From contig JAUQVK010000018.1 of assembly GCA_039794845.1 (NCBI GenBank), positions 1 through 14,045 on the forward strand: a stretch of DNA of 14,045 bases, in the 5' to 3' direction. The notes below the pieces were generated by a model. That model saw only the letters and a list, made by a program, of their open reading frames with translations, did no database searches and was not told the DNA's origin. The position numbers and the translations under genes were made by a program. This DNA comes from Thermostichus sp. DRC_bins_24. Lineage in GTDB: Bacteria; Cyanobacteriota; Cyanobacteriia; Thermostichales; Thermostichaceae. Of the stretch, positions 1-7,099 are shown one piece after another (within the stretch, counting starts at the first letter, position 1; every line of letters starts with the position of its first letter).

Positions 1-1
1 C

Positions 2-103
2 CAGCCGATTCAGGTGGGGCAGCAGGTCTACATTCGTCCCAAGGTGGTGAAGGCCTTTCCCCTCAAAAAAGCTGAAATGACCCGCATCCCGGTGGGAGCT
101 TGA
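2..103 (+). CDS. cysA: 3' end of sulfate/thiosulfate ABC transporter ATP-binding subunit (partial, starts before window)
   Basis: Frame from base 2 reads QPIQVGQQVYIRPKVVKAFPLKKAEMTRIPVGA* (TGA 101-103). This resembles the C-terminal TOBE-like tail of cyanobacterial CysA and lies immediately upstream of cysT-cysW. Too short for the ORF track. Confidence 0.65.
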   Translation, partial: QPIQVGQQVYIRPKVVKAFPLKKAEMTRIPVGA

Positions 104-109
104 GGAGCG

Positions 110-922
110 TTGTTGCAAGCTTTGTCCCAGATGTCGTGGCCGTGGCGGGTAACCCTGGGCTATTTGTTCCTGATGTTGGTGCTGCCCCTCACGGCCTTGG
201 TCTTGAAGTCCGCCACGGTTGGGCCGGCGGATTTTTGGCGGATTGCCACGGCTCCCGTGGCCCTCTCCACCTATGAAGTAACCTTTGTAACGGCATTGGT
301 GGCGGCCCTGATCAATGGGGTGATGGGCACCCTCACCGCTTGGGTGCTGGTGCGCTACACCTTTCCCTTCAAGAAAGTCCTGGAAGGGATCATCGATTTG
401 CCCTTTGCCCTGCCCACGGCTGTGGCGGGTCTGACCCTGGCGACGGTGTACAGCACCAATGGCTGGCTGGGATCCCTGGTGGCACCGATGGGGATCCGCA
501 TTGCTTTCACGCGCTTGGGGGTGGGGGTGGCGATGCTGTTTATCTCATTCCCCTTCGTGGTGCGGACGGTGCAGCCCGTCTTGCAGGAAATCGAGAAGGA
601 TATTGAAGAAGCCTCCTGGAGCTTGGGGGCATCTCGTTTTCAGACCTTTCGGCGGGTGGTGTTGCCTCAGATCCTGTCCGCCACGTTGACCGGGGTGGCC
701 CTAGGATTTTCCCGCGCCGTTGGGGAATACGGCTCCATTGTGATCATTGCCTCCAGCATTCCCTTTCGGGATTTAATTTCTGCTGTGCTGGTGATCCAAC
801 GGCTGGAGCAATACGACTATGCCGGAGCAACCGTGATCGGAACCGTGATGTTGCTGATCTCGTTTCTGTCGCTGCTGGTGATTAACCTCTTGCAAGCCTG
901 GGGAAGCCGCTATGAAACCTGA
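110..922 (+). CDS. cysT: Sulfate ABC transporter permease CysT
   Basis: 270 aa polytopic membrane protein with DLPFALPTAVAGLTL, PFVVRTVQPVL, EAA loop EEASWSLGAS and FSRAVGEYGS. TTG start with GAGGAG RBS at 102-107. Confidence 0.95.
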   Translation: MLQALSQMSWPWRVTLGYLFLMLVLPLTALVLKSATVGPADFWRIATAPVALSTYEVTFVTALVAALINGVMGTLTAWVLVRYTFPFKKVLEGIIDLPFALPTAVAGLTLATVYSTNGWLGSLVAPMGIRIAFTRLGVGVAMLFISFPFVVRTVQPVLQEIEKDIEEASWSLGASRFQTFRRVVLPQILSATLTGVALGFSRAVGEYGSIVIIASSIPFRDLISAVLVIQRLEQYDYAGATVIGTVMLLISFLSLLVINLLQAWGSRYET

Positions 923-1739
923 TCCCTCCGCAAATCCCTGGCTGGGGAGGCTCCTGATCGGGATTGTCCTACTCTACGTTGCGCTGCTGCTCGGGATCCC
1001 GGCGGTGAACATTTTTTATCAGGCGTTTCGAGAAGGGATCCAACCCTTTTTGCACAACCTGTTGCAGCGAAATTTTCTCAGTGCCCTCCGCCTGACGGTG
1101 ATGACCGCCCTGATCGTGGTGCCCATCAACACCCTGTTTGGCATCTGTGCTGCCTTGGCCATTGCCCACAAGCGCTTTCGAGGCCGCACGCTGCTGCTGA
1201 GTCTGATCGATTTGCCCTTTTCCATCTCGCCGGTGGTGGCGGGCATGATGTTTGTGCTCATCTTCGGGCGTCAAGGTTGGCTGGGATCCCTGCTGCAAGA
1301 CTGGAACCTGCGCGTGATCTTCGCCTTTCCGGGCATTGTGCTGGCGACCGCCTTTATCACCATTCCCTTTGTGGCGCGGGAAGTGCTGCCCGTGCTGGAG
1401 GAAGCGGGTACTGACCAAGAGGAAGCCGCCAAGACCTTAGGGGCAACCCCCTGGCAGATCTTTTGGAAGGTAACCCTGCCCAACATCCGCTGGGGCCTGT
1501 TGTATGGAGTGATCTTGACCAATGCCCGTGCCATGGGGGAATTTGGTGCCGTCGCCGTGGTATCCGGCAACATCATCGGACGCACCCAAACCCTGCCGTT
1601 GTTTGTGGAAGATGCCTACAAAAGCTACGCCACCGCTTCGGCCTACAGTGCAGCGGTGTTGCTTTCTCTACTGGCAGGGGTCACCCTCATTGCTAAAGAA
1701 CTGCTGGGGCGGGGATCCCATTCCCGGAGGGTGCTCTAA
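912..1739 (+). CDS. cysW: Sulfate ABC transporter permease CysW
   Basis: 275 aa with DLPFSISPVVAG, PFVAREVLPVLEE, EEAAKTLGA, TLPNIRWGLLYGVILTNARAMGEFGAV. Overlaps the cysT end by 11 bp. Confidence 0.95.
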   Translation: MKPDPSANPWLGRLLIGIVLLYVALLLGIPAVNIFYQAFREGIQPFLHNLLQRNFLSALRLTVMTALIVVPINTLFGICAALAIAHKRFRGRTLLLSLIDLPFSISPVVAGMMFVLIFGRQGWLGSLLQDWNLRVIFAFPGIVLATAFITIPFVAREVLPVLEEAGTDQEEAAKTLGATPWQIFWKVTLPNIRWGLLYGVILTNARAMGEFGAVAVVSGNIIGRTQTLPLFVEDAYKSYATASAYSAAVLLSLLAGVTLIAKELLGRGSHSRRVL

Positions 1740-1758
1740 CCCTGAGCGGAGTTGAGGG

Positions 1759-2418
1759 TCAAACCGACTCCGTCAGCACCTCCGGCAGGCAAACCTTGGT
1801 ACCCCCCAAGCCACAGTAACCCCCCGGATTCTTGGCCAAATACTGCTGATGGTAATCCTCGGCATAGTAGAACTCGGGGGCATCGAGAATTTCTGTGGTG
1901 ATCTTGCCGTAGCCGTGGGCGGTGAGGGCTTCTTGGTAGATTTGGCGGGTCTTTTCTGCCAATTCCCGCTGTTCTGGCGTGTAAACGTAGATGCCTGAGC
2001 GATATTGGGTGCCCACATCATTGCCCTGGCGCATCCCCTGGGTGGGATCGTGGTTCTCCCAAAACACCTTCAGCAACTGCTCGTAGCTCACCTGGACGGG
2101 GTCATAAACCACACGCACCACTTCATTGTGTCCGGTGAGGCCGCTGCACACTTCCCGATAGGTCGGGTTGGGGGTTAACCCGCCGGCATAGCCCACGGAG
2201 GTGCTGAACACCCCTGGCAATTGCCAGAACTTGCGCTCCGCTCCCCAAAAGCAGCCCATCCCAAACAGAGCCAGCTCCATGCCCTCAGGGAAGGGCGGTT
2301 GCAGCGGATTGCCGTTGACAAAGTGTCGATTCAGGATCGCCATGGGCTCGGCGCGTCCGGGCAGGGCTTCGCTGGCCGTGGGCAGGGAGAGTTTCTTGCC
2401 AAATCCGAAAAGCGCCAT
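1759..2418 (-). CDS. msrA: Peptide methionine (S)-sulfoxide reductase MsrA
   Basis: Catalytic [42 protein letters not shown] and C-terminal resolving Cys ([11 protein letters not shown]). I prefer the start at ATG 2418 (MALFGFGKK) over 2454 because a -10-like TAGAAT overlaps the upstream ATG. Confidence 0.95.
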   Translation of the reverse strand: MALFGFGKKLSLPTASEALPGRAEPMAILNRHFVNGNPLQPPFPEGMELALFGMGCFWGAERKFWQLPGVFSTSVGYAGGLTPNPTYREVCSGLTGHNEVVRVVYDPVQVSYEQLLKVFWENHDPTQGMRQGNDVGTQYRSGIYVYTPEQRELAEKTRQIYQEALTAHGYGKITTEILDAPEFYYAEDYHQQYLAKNPGGYCGLGGTKVCLPEVLTESV

Positions 2419-2452
2419 AGGGACAATCCGATACATTTGTTCAACCTTTGTC

Positions 2453-2458
2453 ATTCTA
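2453..2458 (-). promoter_or_regulatory. Putative -10 box (TAGAAT) of msrA promoter
   Basis: The minus strand reads TAGAAT about 35 nt upstream of ATG 2418. No clear -35, which is common for cyanobacterial promoters. Confidence 0.4.
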
Positions 2459-2520
2459 ACTCAGGTGGCCCGGAGGTGCCTTTGGGAGGGATCCCACCTG
2501 CCGGAGAGGGATAGAAGGCT

Positions 2521-2551
2521 ACTTCCCGAAAAGGAAAGGGAAAGGGGCCGG
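2521..2551. repeat. Degenerate copy of dispersed REP-like intergenic repeat
   Basis: ACTTCCC-N10-GGGAAAGGGGCCGG matches ACTTCCC-N11-GGGAGAGGGGCCGG at 11454-11485. It lies just 3' of the permease stop codon. Confidence 0.45.
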
Positions 2552-2554
2552 ACA

Positions 2555-3487
2555 TCAGCCCACCTGCTCAAACGCCCCCAATCGTTTAGCCACCAACAAG
2601 TAGACGATCATGATCCCCATCGGCACCACCGTGAAGGCCGCAGCCAGGGGAATATTGCCAGAGGTACCCTGAAAAGCCAGAACCGCCTGCCCGATAAAGT
2701 AACTGGAATTGCCCAGCGAATAGGGCACAACAAAATCTCCCAGCGTCAGGGAGAAGGTAAACACCGATCCGGCCAGGATCCCCGGCAATGTCAGGGGAAA
2801 AATCACATGGCGAAAGGTTTGCCAGCCCTGAGCCCCCAAATCTCCTGAAGCCTCAATTAAGCTATCGGGCACCCGCTCCAAGGCAGCTTGAATGGGCAAG
2901 ATCATATAGGGCAGCCAAACATACACAAACACCACAAAAATCCCCAGGTTCGACACCGCCAAGGATGGCCCCCCAATTCCGGGTAAGTGTAAAACCCTCT
3001 CAACCCAGCCTTGCAAACCCAAATGGGTAAACAGATAAGTGAGGATCCCTTCTTTTGCCAAGATCAATTTCCAGGCGTAAACCCGAATTAAATAGCTCGA
3101 CCAAAGGGGCAAAAGCACCAATAAATACAACACGCCTTTCCAACGGGGAGAGGCCAGCCTTACCATCGTGTAAGCCAGGGGCAAAGCCAAGATAATAGCA
3201 GCCAAGGTTACTGCTAAAGCCATCACAAAGCTGCGGGCAAAAATATCCAGATTGGCCGGAGTGAGCAGCTCCCGGTAGGTGGCCAAGGTGAACTTCTGTA
3301 GGATCAGCCCAGTAAAGGGATCCAAATGATAAAAACTCTGCAGTAGCAGTGTAAACAGCGGCCCCAGATACAACACCAACAACCAAATAAGAGGTGGCCC
3401 CAACAGGATGGCCAAAGTGAGCCATGGTTGGCGGTAGAGGAGTCCGAATAAATCAATTTTAGAGGGTATCTGAGTTGTTTCGGTCAT
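2555..3487 (-). CDS. ABC transporter permease, PotB-like (polyamine/opine/related family)
   Basis: Multiple TM helices, LPLWSSYLIRVYAW, YVWLPYMILPIQAALERV, EAA loop IEASGDLGA and FSLTLGDFVVP. Likely start is ATG 3487 (MTETTQ); the track extension to 3595 overlaps deep into the upstream gene. Confidence 0.88.
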   Translation of the reverse strand: MTETTQIPSKIDLFGLLYRQPWLTLAILLGPPLIWLLVLYLGPLFTLLLQSFYHLDPFTGLILQKFTLATYRELLTPANLDIFARSFVMALAVTLAAIILALPLAYTMVRLASPRWKGVLYLLVLLPLWSSYLIRVYAWKLILAKEGILTYLFTHLGLQGWVERVLHLPGIGGPSLAVSNLGIFVVFVYVWLPYMILPIQAALERVPDSLIEASGDLGAQGWQTFRHVIFPLTLPGILAGSVFTFSLTLGDFVVPYSLGNSSYFIGQAVLAFQGTSGNIPLAAAFTVVPMGIMIVYLLVAKRLGAFEQVG

Positions 3488-4436
3488 GTTCGGATCCCTG
3501 TGAAGATAGGCTTTCCAACCAGTCTCGGTAGCGTCGGTTAAGGTTGCGAGCCGCTGGATAAATGGAGTTGGGACTGAGGAAATGAGAATACTCAAAGGTG
3601 ATCAGCTTGTCCACACCGGCTGCTTGAGCAGCTTCTAGCTTAAACCGCAACTTTGGCCAGCCAATCGGTGGAAACTTGATGTGTACATCCCGATCGAAAC
3701 TCTCGATATTCGACCAGCAGGTAATGCCATACCGCCGGGCTAGGGCAGCATTAACCGCCAGATAATCCGGCAACTCCGCAAAGTCCACCTGACCATCCTG
3801 AAAGGCAACACAATCCACTTTTCCTTGTAGGCAAGCGAATACTTGATCCCATTCTCGTTCGTGCTCTTCTAGAGAAATCGCCTGTTCAAACTGTTTGCGG
3901 CCCCGAATGTAAGGGGAGATTAAAATTGGCAACGGCTTGAGGCGACGGAGATGTTGAGAAAGCTGCTCATACACCTGCATCATGCCCGGCTCGAAGGTGT
4001 TGATCTCGTGGCTGATGTACCAACCCCCAAACGCAGGACTAGAACCATAGCGCTCCCACACTTCATCGGCAAAGGCCAAGTTGAGGTCGATCTCCGCTTG
4101 ATAGTTCCCCTGCAGCCAGTAGTGACCAGAATCGTAGGTACCTAGATAAAAAGTCATTCCCTCCTGTTCCGCCAGGTTCAGAAAGAGGGCTAGCAAATCT
4201 TCATCCACCAGTAAATGGGGGTGCAGTTTGGTCAACACTTGCGAGGGAAAGGTGGCTCGATCCCGATAGCCCGCCCGAATCAAGATCACCGTATCGATGC
4301 CGTCTTGGCGCATGGAGGCAAAATCTTTGGCCCAATCTGCGGGCCCCCAATTGGCAGAAGGAATGTCATGGCTGATCTCATCCAGGAAGGTGCCTGAGAT
4401 CGTCGGCAGGGATCCGGTTAAACCTTTTGGCGACAT
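3459..4436 (-). CDS. DUF4434-family glycoside-hydrolase-like (TIM-barrel) protein
   Basis: 325 aa. GTFLDEISHDIPSANWG..W..DF..M...GIDTVILIRAG, FGGWYISHE, AFQDG, WSNIESF and KLITFEYSHFLSP are characteristic of DUF4434 proteins as I recall them. No signal peptide is evident. Confidence 0.75.
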   Translation of the reverse strand: MSPKGLTGSLPTISGTFLDEISHDIPSANWGPADWAKDFASMRQDGIDTVILIRAGYRDRATFPSQVLTKLHPHLLVDEDLLALFLNLAEQEGMTFYLGTYDSGHYWLQGNYQAEIDLNLAFADEVWERYGSSPAFGGWYISHEINTFEPGMMQVYEQLSQHLRRLKPLPILISPYIRGRKQFEQAISLEEHEREWDQVFACLQGKVDCVAFQDGQVDFAELPDYLAVNAALARRYGITCWSNIESFDRDVHIKFPPIGWPKLRFKLEAAQAAGVDKLITFEYSHFLSPNSIYPAARNLNRRYRDWLESLSSQGSEHDRNNSDTL

Positions 4437-4444
4437 CGAGAGTC
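4420..4444 (+). promoter_or_regulatory. Candidate ECF-type autoregulatory promoter (AAAC-N17-AGTC)
   Basis: AAACCTTTT at 4420-4428 and AGTC at 4441-4444 fit the general ECF AAC...GTC promoter geometry. They lie upstream of the RBS AAAGGAG (4466-4472) and GTG 4482. Confidence 0.35.
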
Positions 4445-4481
4445 AGATAGAGCAAGGTCGAGAACAAAGGAGCCCGGTTTT

Positions 4482-5036
4482 GTGCAGGCAGCAAAGGATA
4501 CATCCGATCGGGACTTGATCCAACGTTGCCTCAACGGGGATCGCCAGAGCTTTCGCCAACTCTACCGCAAATACCAGCAGTCGGTACGGAACATTCTCTA
4601 TCCCCTGTGTGGGGCCGATCTTTTGGATGATCTGGTCCAGGAGGTGTTTATTCGCGCATGGAAAGGGTTACCTCGCTTTCGCGGCTCGGCCCGGTTTTCC
4701 ACCTGGTTGTATCGCATCTGCTGGAATGTGGCCTCGGATCAACGACGACGCTATGCCCGGCAGCGATCCCAAACCCAAGACATGGTGCTCAGTTGGGATG
4801 GGGCTCACCCCGGCCCCGATGTGATGCAGTTGCACCACCAACAGGCCCTACAGCGAGGCATGGCCCAGCTCAGCCCAGAACACAGCATGGTGCTGGTTTT
4901 GCATGACCTAGAGGATTTGCCCCAGAAAGAAATCGCCCACATTTTGGGGATCCCAGTGGGAACCGTGAAATCCCGGCTGTTTCATGCCCGCGCCACCATC
5001 CGCAAACACCTAATTCAGGAGGGAATTACCCCATGA
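4482..5036 (+). CDS. ECF (group 4) sigma-70 factor, cyanobacterial SigH-like
   Basis: Region 2 DDLVQEVFIRAWKGLPRFRGSARFSTWLYRI; region 4 LPQKEIAHILGIPVGTVKSRLFHAR. The sigma / small TM protein / Spy-like gene order recalls the Synechocystis sigH locus. Confidence 0.92.
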   Translation: MQAAKDTSDRDLIQRCLNGDRQSFRQLYRKYQQSVRNILYPLCGADLLDDLVQEVFIRAWKGLPRFRGSARFSTWLYRICWNVASDQRRRYARQRSQTQDMVLSWDGAHPGPDVMQLHHQQALQRGMAQLSPEHSMVLVLHDLEDLPQKEIAHILGIPVGTVKSRLFHARATIRKHLIQEGITP

Positions 5037-5377
5037 GCGAGCACCCCAACCCCCCAGAAGAAGAGCAGCTGCGGCATTTTTTGCGCCAATATCGCCCGTT
5101 GCCCCCCGCTGCTGCCCCTGATTTGGAGGAGCGAATCCTGCGGAGCGTGGCGGTTCATCGACCCCAGAGGGGGCTGTCTTGGCGCTGGGTTGGGATCCCG
5201 ATTTTGCTGGGGGCCTTGCTGGGTTGGGGTGGCTACCAGCGTTGGCAGACACAGCTCGTGGTGCAAGACACGGAAGCCCTAGAAAACTTTTTGGTCAGCA
5301 CCTGGGGGGGCTTGCTACAGGAAGAAGGGCTGGAAGCCGAAACGTGGTGGGCGGAACTGGGCCCAGAGGGATCCTGA
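5033..5377 (+). CDS. Putative single-TM anti-sigma factor
   Basis: ATGA overlap with the sigma stop codon. N-terminal LRHFLRQYRPLPP..DLEERIL helix, one TM segment (WVGIPILLGALLGWGGY) and a short acidic C-terminus. Confidence 0.75.
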   Translation: MSEHPNPPEEEQLRHFLRQYRPLPPAAAPDLEERILRSVAVHRPQRGLSWRWVGIPILLGALLGWGGYQRWQTQLVVQDTEALENFLVSTWGGLLQEEGLEAETWWAELGPEGS

Positions 5378-5440
5378 GCGACCCGGCTGAATGCTGAATG
5401 TATGAAGTGATCGGATTGTTGAGTGTTTGCCAGGAGATCT

Positions 5441-5857
5441 ATGAAGAACCTTTTGTTGTGGATCCCAATGTTGAGTTTGAGTGTGCTTTGCTTCGGATGC
5501 GTGAGTGAACCGGCTATGAGCCAACCCAGTCGCCCGCGGGTGACAGAACTGCGCCGGGGCCGTAACCTGCGCCAGTTGAATCTCTCTGCCGAGCAATTGC
5601 GGCAACTGCAACAGATCCGCCACCGCAAACAGGAGGAATTGTTGAATCGCAACCTGGAGTTGAGGGCAGCCCGTCGTCAATTGCGGGAGTTGTTGGCTAG
5701 CGATGCGCCGGAGTCGGAAGTGGCGGCCCAATTTCAGCGGGTACAACAGCTAGCCCAAGAGGTGAATGCCAGTCGCTTTGAGGCCGTTTTGGAAATGCGC
5801 CAGGTGCTCAACCTTGAACAACGGCGACAACTGCTGCAGGCTCTTGAGGAGTTGTGA
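5441..5857 (+). CDS. Spy/CpxP-family (LTXXQ) periplasmic chaperone-like protein
   Basis: ATG 5441 with AGGAG at 5432-5436 and an N-terminal signal peptide. Two LTXXQ-like motifs (LNLSAEQ, VLNLEQRRQL) flank a Q/R/E/L-rich helical body. Confidence 0.85.
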   Translation: MKNLLLWIPMLSLSVLCFGCVSEPAMSQPSRPRVTELRRGRNLRQLNLSAEQLRQLQQIRHRKQEELLNRNLELRAARRQLRELLASDAPESEVAAQFQRVQQLAQEVNASRFEAVLEMRQVLNLEQRRQLLQALEEL

Positions 5858-5864
5858 TCAACAA

Positions 5865-6039
5865 ACAGCCCTTTATGCCCAGGGCACACCGGCGTGTTCG
5901 CCCACCATAGGGCACCGCCGGTCACGTGTAACAACTGTGGAAGTTGAGATCCACTCTCTGGAAGGATGGCCCTCTGGGCCCCACGACAGCGGGAGCAGGA
6001 AGCACAATCCCTGCTGTAGAAAACCCGTGCAAGGGCTGT
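5865..6039 (-). ncRNA. Structured ~175-nt non-coding RNA candidate; best known-family guess is 6S RNA
   Basis: Fills a convergent intergenic gap. The ends pair perfectly (ACAGCCCTT 5865-5873 / AAGGGCTGT 6031-6039) and there are several internal stems. G-U pairs in a rod-like fold weakly favour the minus strand. Length and closing stem are 6S-like, but family and strand are unverified. Confidence 0.5.
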
Positions 6040-6050
6040 ACTGAACTTTT

Positions 6051-6968
6051 TTACAGTCGATAGTGCCGATACACGTCGCTGGCAGCCCGGTGCAGCAGTG
6101 AGTGGCGATAGACAAGGCTGGTGAGATCCTTGCCATAGCCGCCGCCAATCACACAGGCGACAGGGTAGCCCTGCTTGAGACAGGTATCCAACACCTGCAT
6201 GTCCCGCCGAAACAGCCCCTGATCGCTAAGGGCCAATTTCCCCAAAAGATCCTCTTGATGGGGATCGACACCGGCATCGTAAAGCACCAGATCGGGACGC
6301 ACCTGGGTCAACAGATCTGGCAAATGGGCTGCTAAGGTTTGCAAATAGGCCTCATCTTCCAGACCTACCGGCAGGGGGATATCCAAATCACTCTCTTGTT
6401 TGGTGCCCGGAAAATTGGCCTCGCAGTGCATGGAAAAAGTGAACACCCGCGCATCGGAGCGAAAGATCCAGGCGGTGCCATCCCCTTGATGCACATCCAA
6501 ATCCACAATCAACAGCCGCTGGACCAACCCTTGGTTCAGCAGCACTTGGGCCGCAATCGCCAGATCGTTAAAGATGCAAAACCCGGAGCCATAGTTGGGA
6601 AACGCATGGTGAGTGCCTCCGGCGGTGTTACAAGCAAGGCCGTAGCGCAGGGCCAGTTGAGCCGTTAGCAAGGTCCCCCCCACCGCCCGACAGGTGCGCC
6701 GTACCAAATCTGGGCTCCAGGGCAAGCCGATGCGCCGTTGCTGTTTGGACTCTAGGGATCCCCCACAGTAGGCGTTGACATATTCAGGGGTGTGGACGGC
6801 TTCGATCCAGTCAGTGGGAGGCAGCTCCGGTTGATGCAGTTGCTCGGGGCGAATCACCCGTTCTCGCAGCAGCAGCTCTTGGAGTAGGCGAAACTTCTGC
6901 ATGGGAAAGCGATGGCCCTTGGGCAGGGGCACACTGTAGTCGGGGTGATAAACAACGGGCAAAGACAT
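6051..6968 (-). CDS. Zn-dependent histone-deacetylase-family protein (class IV/HDAC11-like deacylase)
   Basis: HRFPMQKF, GGTHHA, GFCIFND, DLDVHQGDGT, AGVD and GGGY motifs are all intact. ATG at 6968. Confidence 0.92.
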   Translation of the reverse strand: MSLPVVYHPDYSVPLPKGHRFPMQKFRLLQELLLRERVIRPEQLHQPELPPTDWIEAVHTPEYVNAYCGGSLESKQQRRIGLPWSPDLVRRTCRAVGGTLLTAQLALRYGLACNTAGGTHHAFPNYGSGFCIFNDLAIAAQVLLNQGLVQRLLIVDLDVHQGDGTAWIFRSDARVFTFSMHCEANFPGTKQESDLDIPLPVGLEDEAYLQTLAAHLPDLLTQVRPDLVLYDAGVDPHQEDLLGKLALSDQGLFRRDMQVLDTCLKQGYPVACVIGGGYGKDLTSLVYRHSLLHRAASDVYRHYRL

Positions 6969-7021
6969 CAAGGGCAGCCTGATTGACGGGTATGAGCATG
7001 GCCTATTGCAGCGTCAGTGCT

Positions 7022-7028
7022 TATGTTA
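7022..7028. promoter_or_regulatory. Possible overlapping bidirectional -10 elements between deacetylase and kinase genes
   Basis: The most AT-rich patch in the 131-bp divergent gap gives TATGTT (+, 7022-7027) and TAACAT (-, 7023-7028), both fitting TAnnnT. Confidence 0.3.
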
Positions 7029-7099
7029 TTAGAGGTAGCCTACTCTTGCCGGATCCGCTTGGGATCCCTCGCCCGTTCTCTGTACTGTCGCGATCCCCT

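Noticed and set aside
1739..1759. Hairpin ACCCT/AGGGT between convergent cysW and msrA as a terminator
   Set aside because: The stem is only 5 bp with no U-tract, too weak to call.
2..2418. Functional sulfur link between the sulfate transporter and msrA
   Set aside because: The genes are convergent with no shared regulatory element visible, so adjacency alone is not evidence.
2201..2848. 215-aa plus-strand ORF
   Set aside because: Overlaps msrA and the permease on the opposite strand and has no domain features.
3488..3595. N-terminal extension of the permease from ATG 3595
   Set aside because: It would overlap the DUF4434 gene by 137 bp. ATG 3487 gives a normal permease length.
5389..5403. 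GCTGAAT twice in tandem upstream of the spy-like gene
   Set aside because: Only two 7-bp units. Short heptamer repeats are common in cyanobacterial spacers and no function can be supported.
5905..6005. Cobalamin riboswitch or SRP RNA resemblance (AACTGTG, CCACT..GGAAGG, CAGGAAGCA)
   Set aside because: It lacks the AGGGAA..GGTG.AA.TCC core and a proper B12 box, and there is no downstream same-strand gene to regulate. The SRP helix-8 CAGG-GNRA-AGCA arrangement is not properly formed.
5766..6148. Short ORFs (92 aa +, 91 aa -) crossing the structured intergenic element
   Set aside because: They overlap real genes, have no evident RBS or protein-like features, and the region is better explained by RNA structure.
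6983..7099. N-terminal extension of the kinase from TTG 6983
   Set aside because: It would leave almost no room for two divergent promoters. ATG 7100 sits at the usual distance from the Gly-rich loop.
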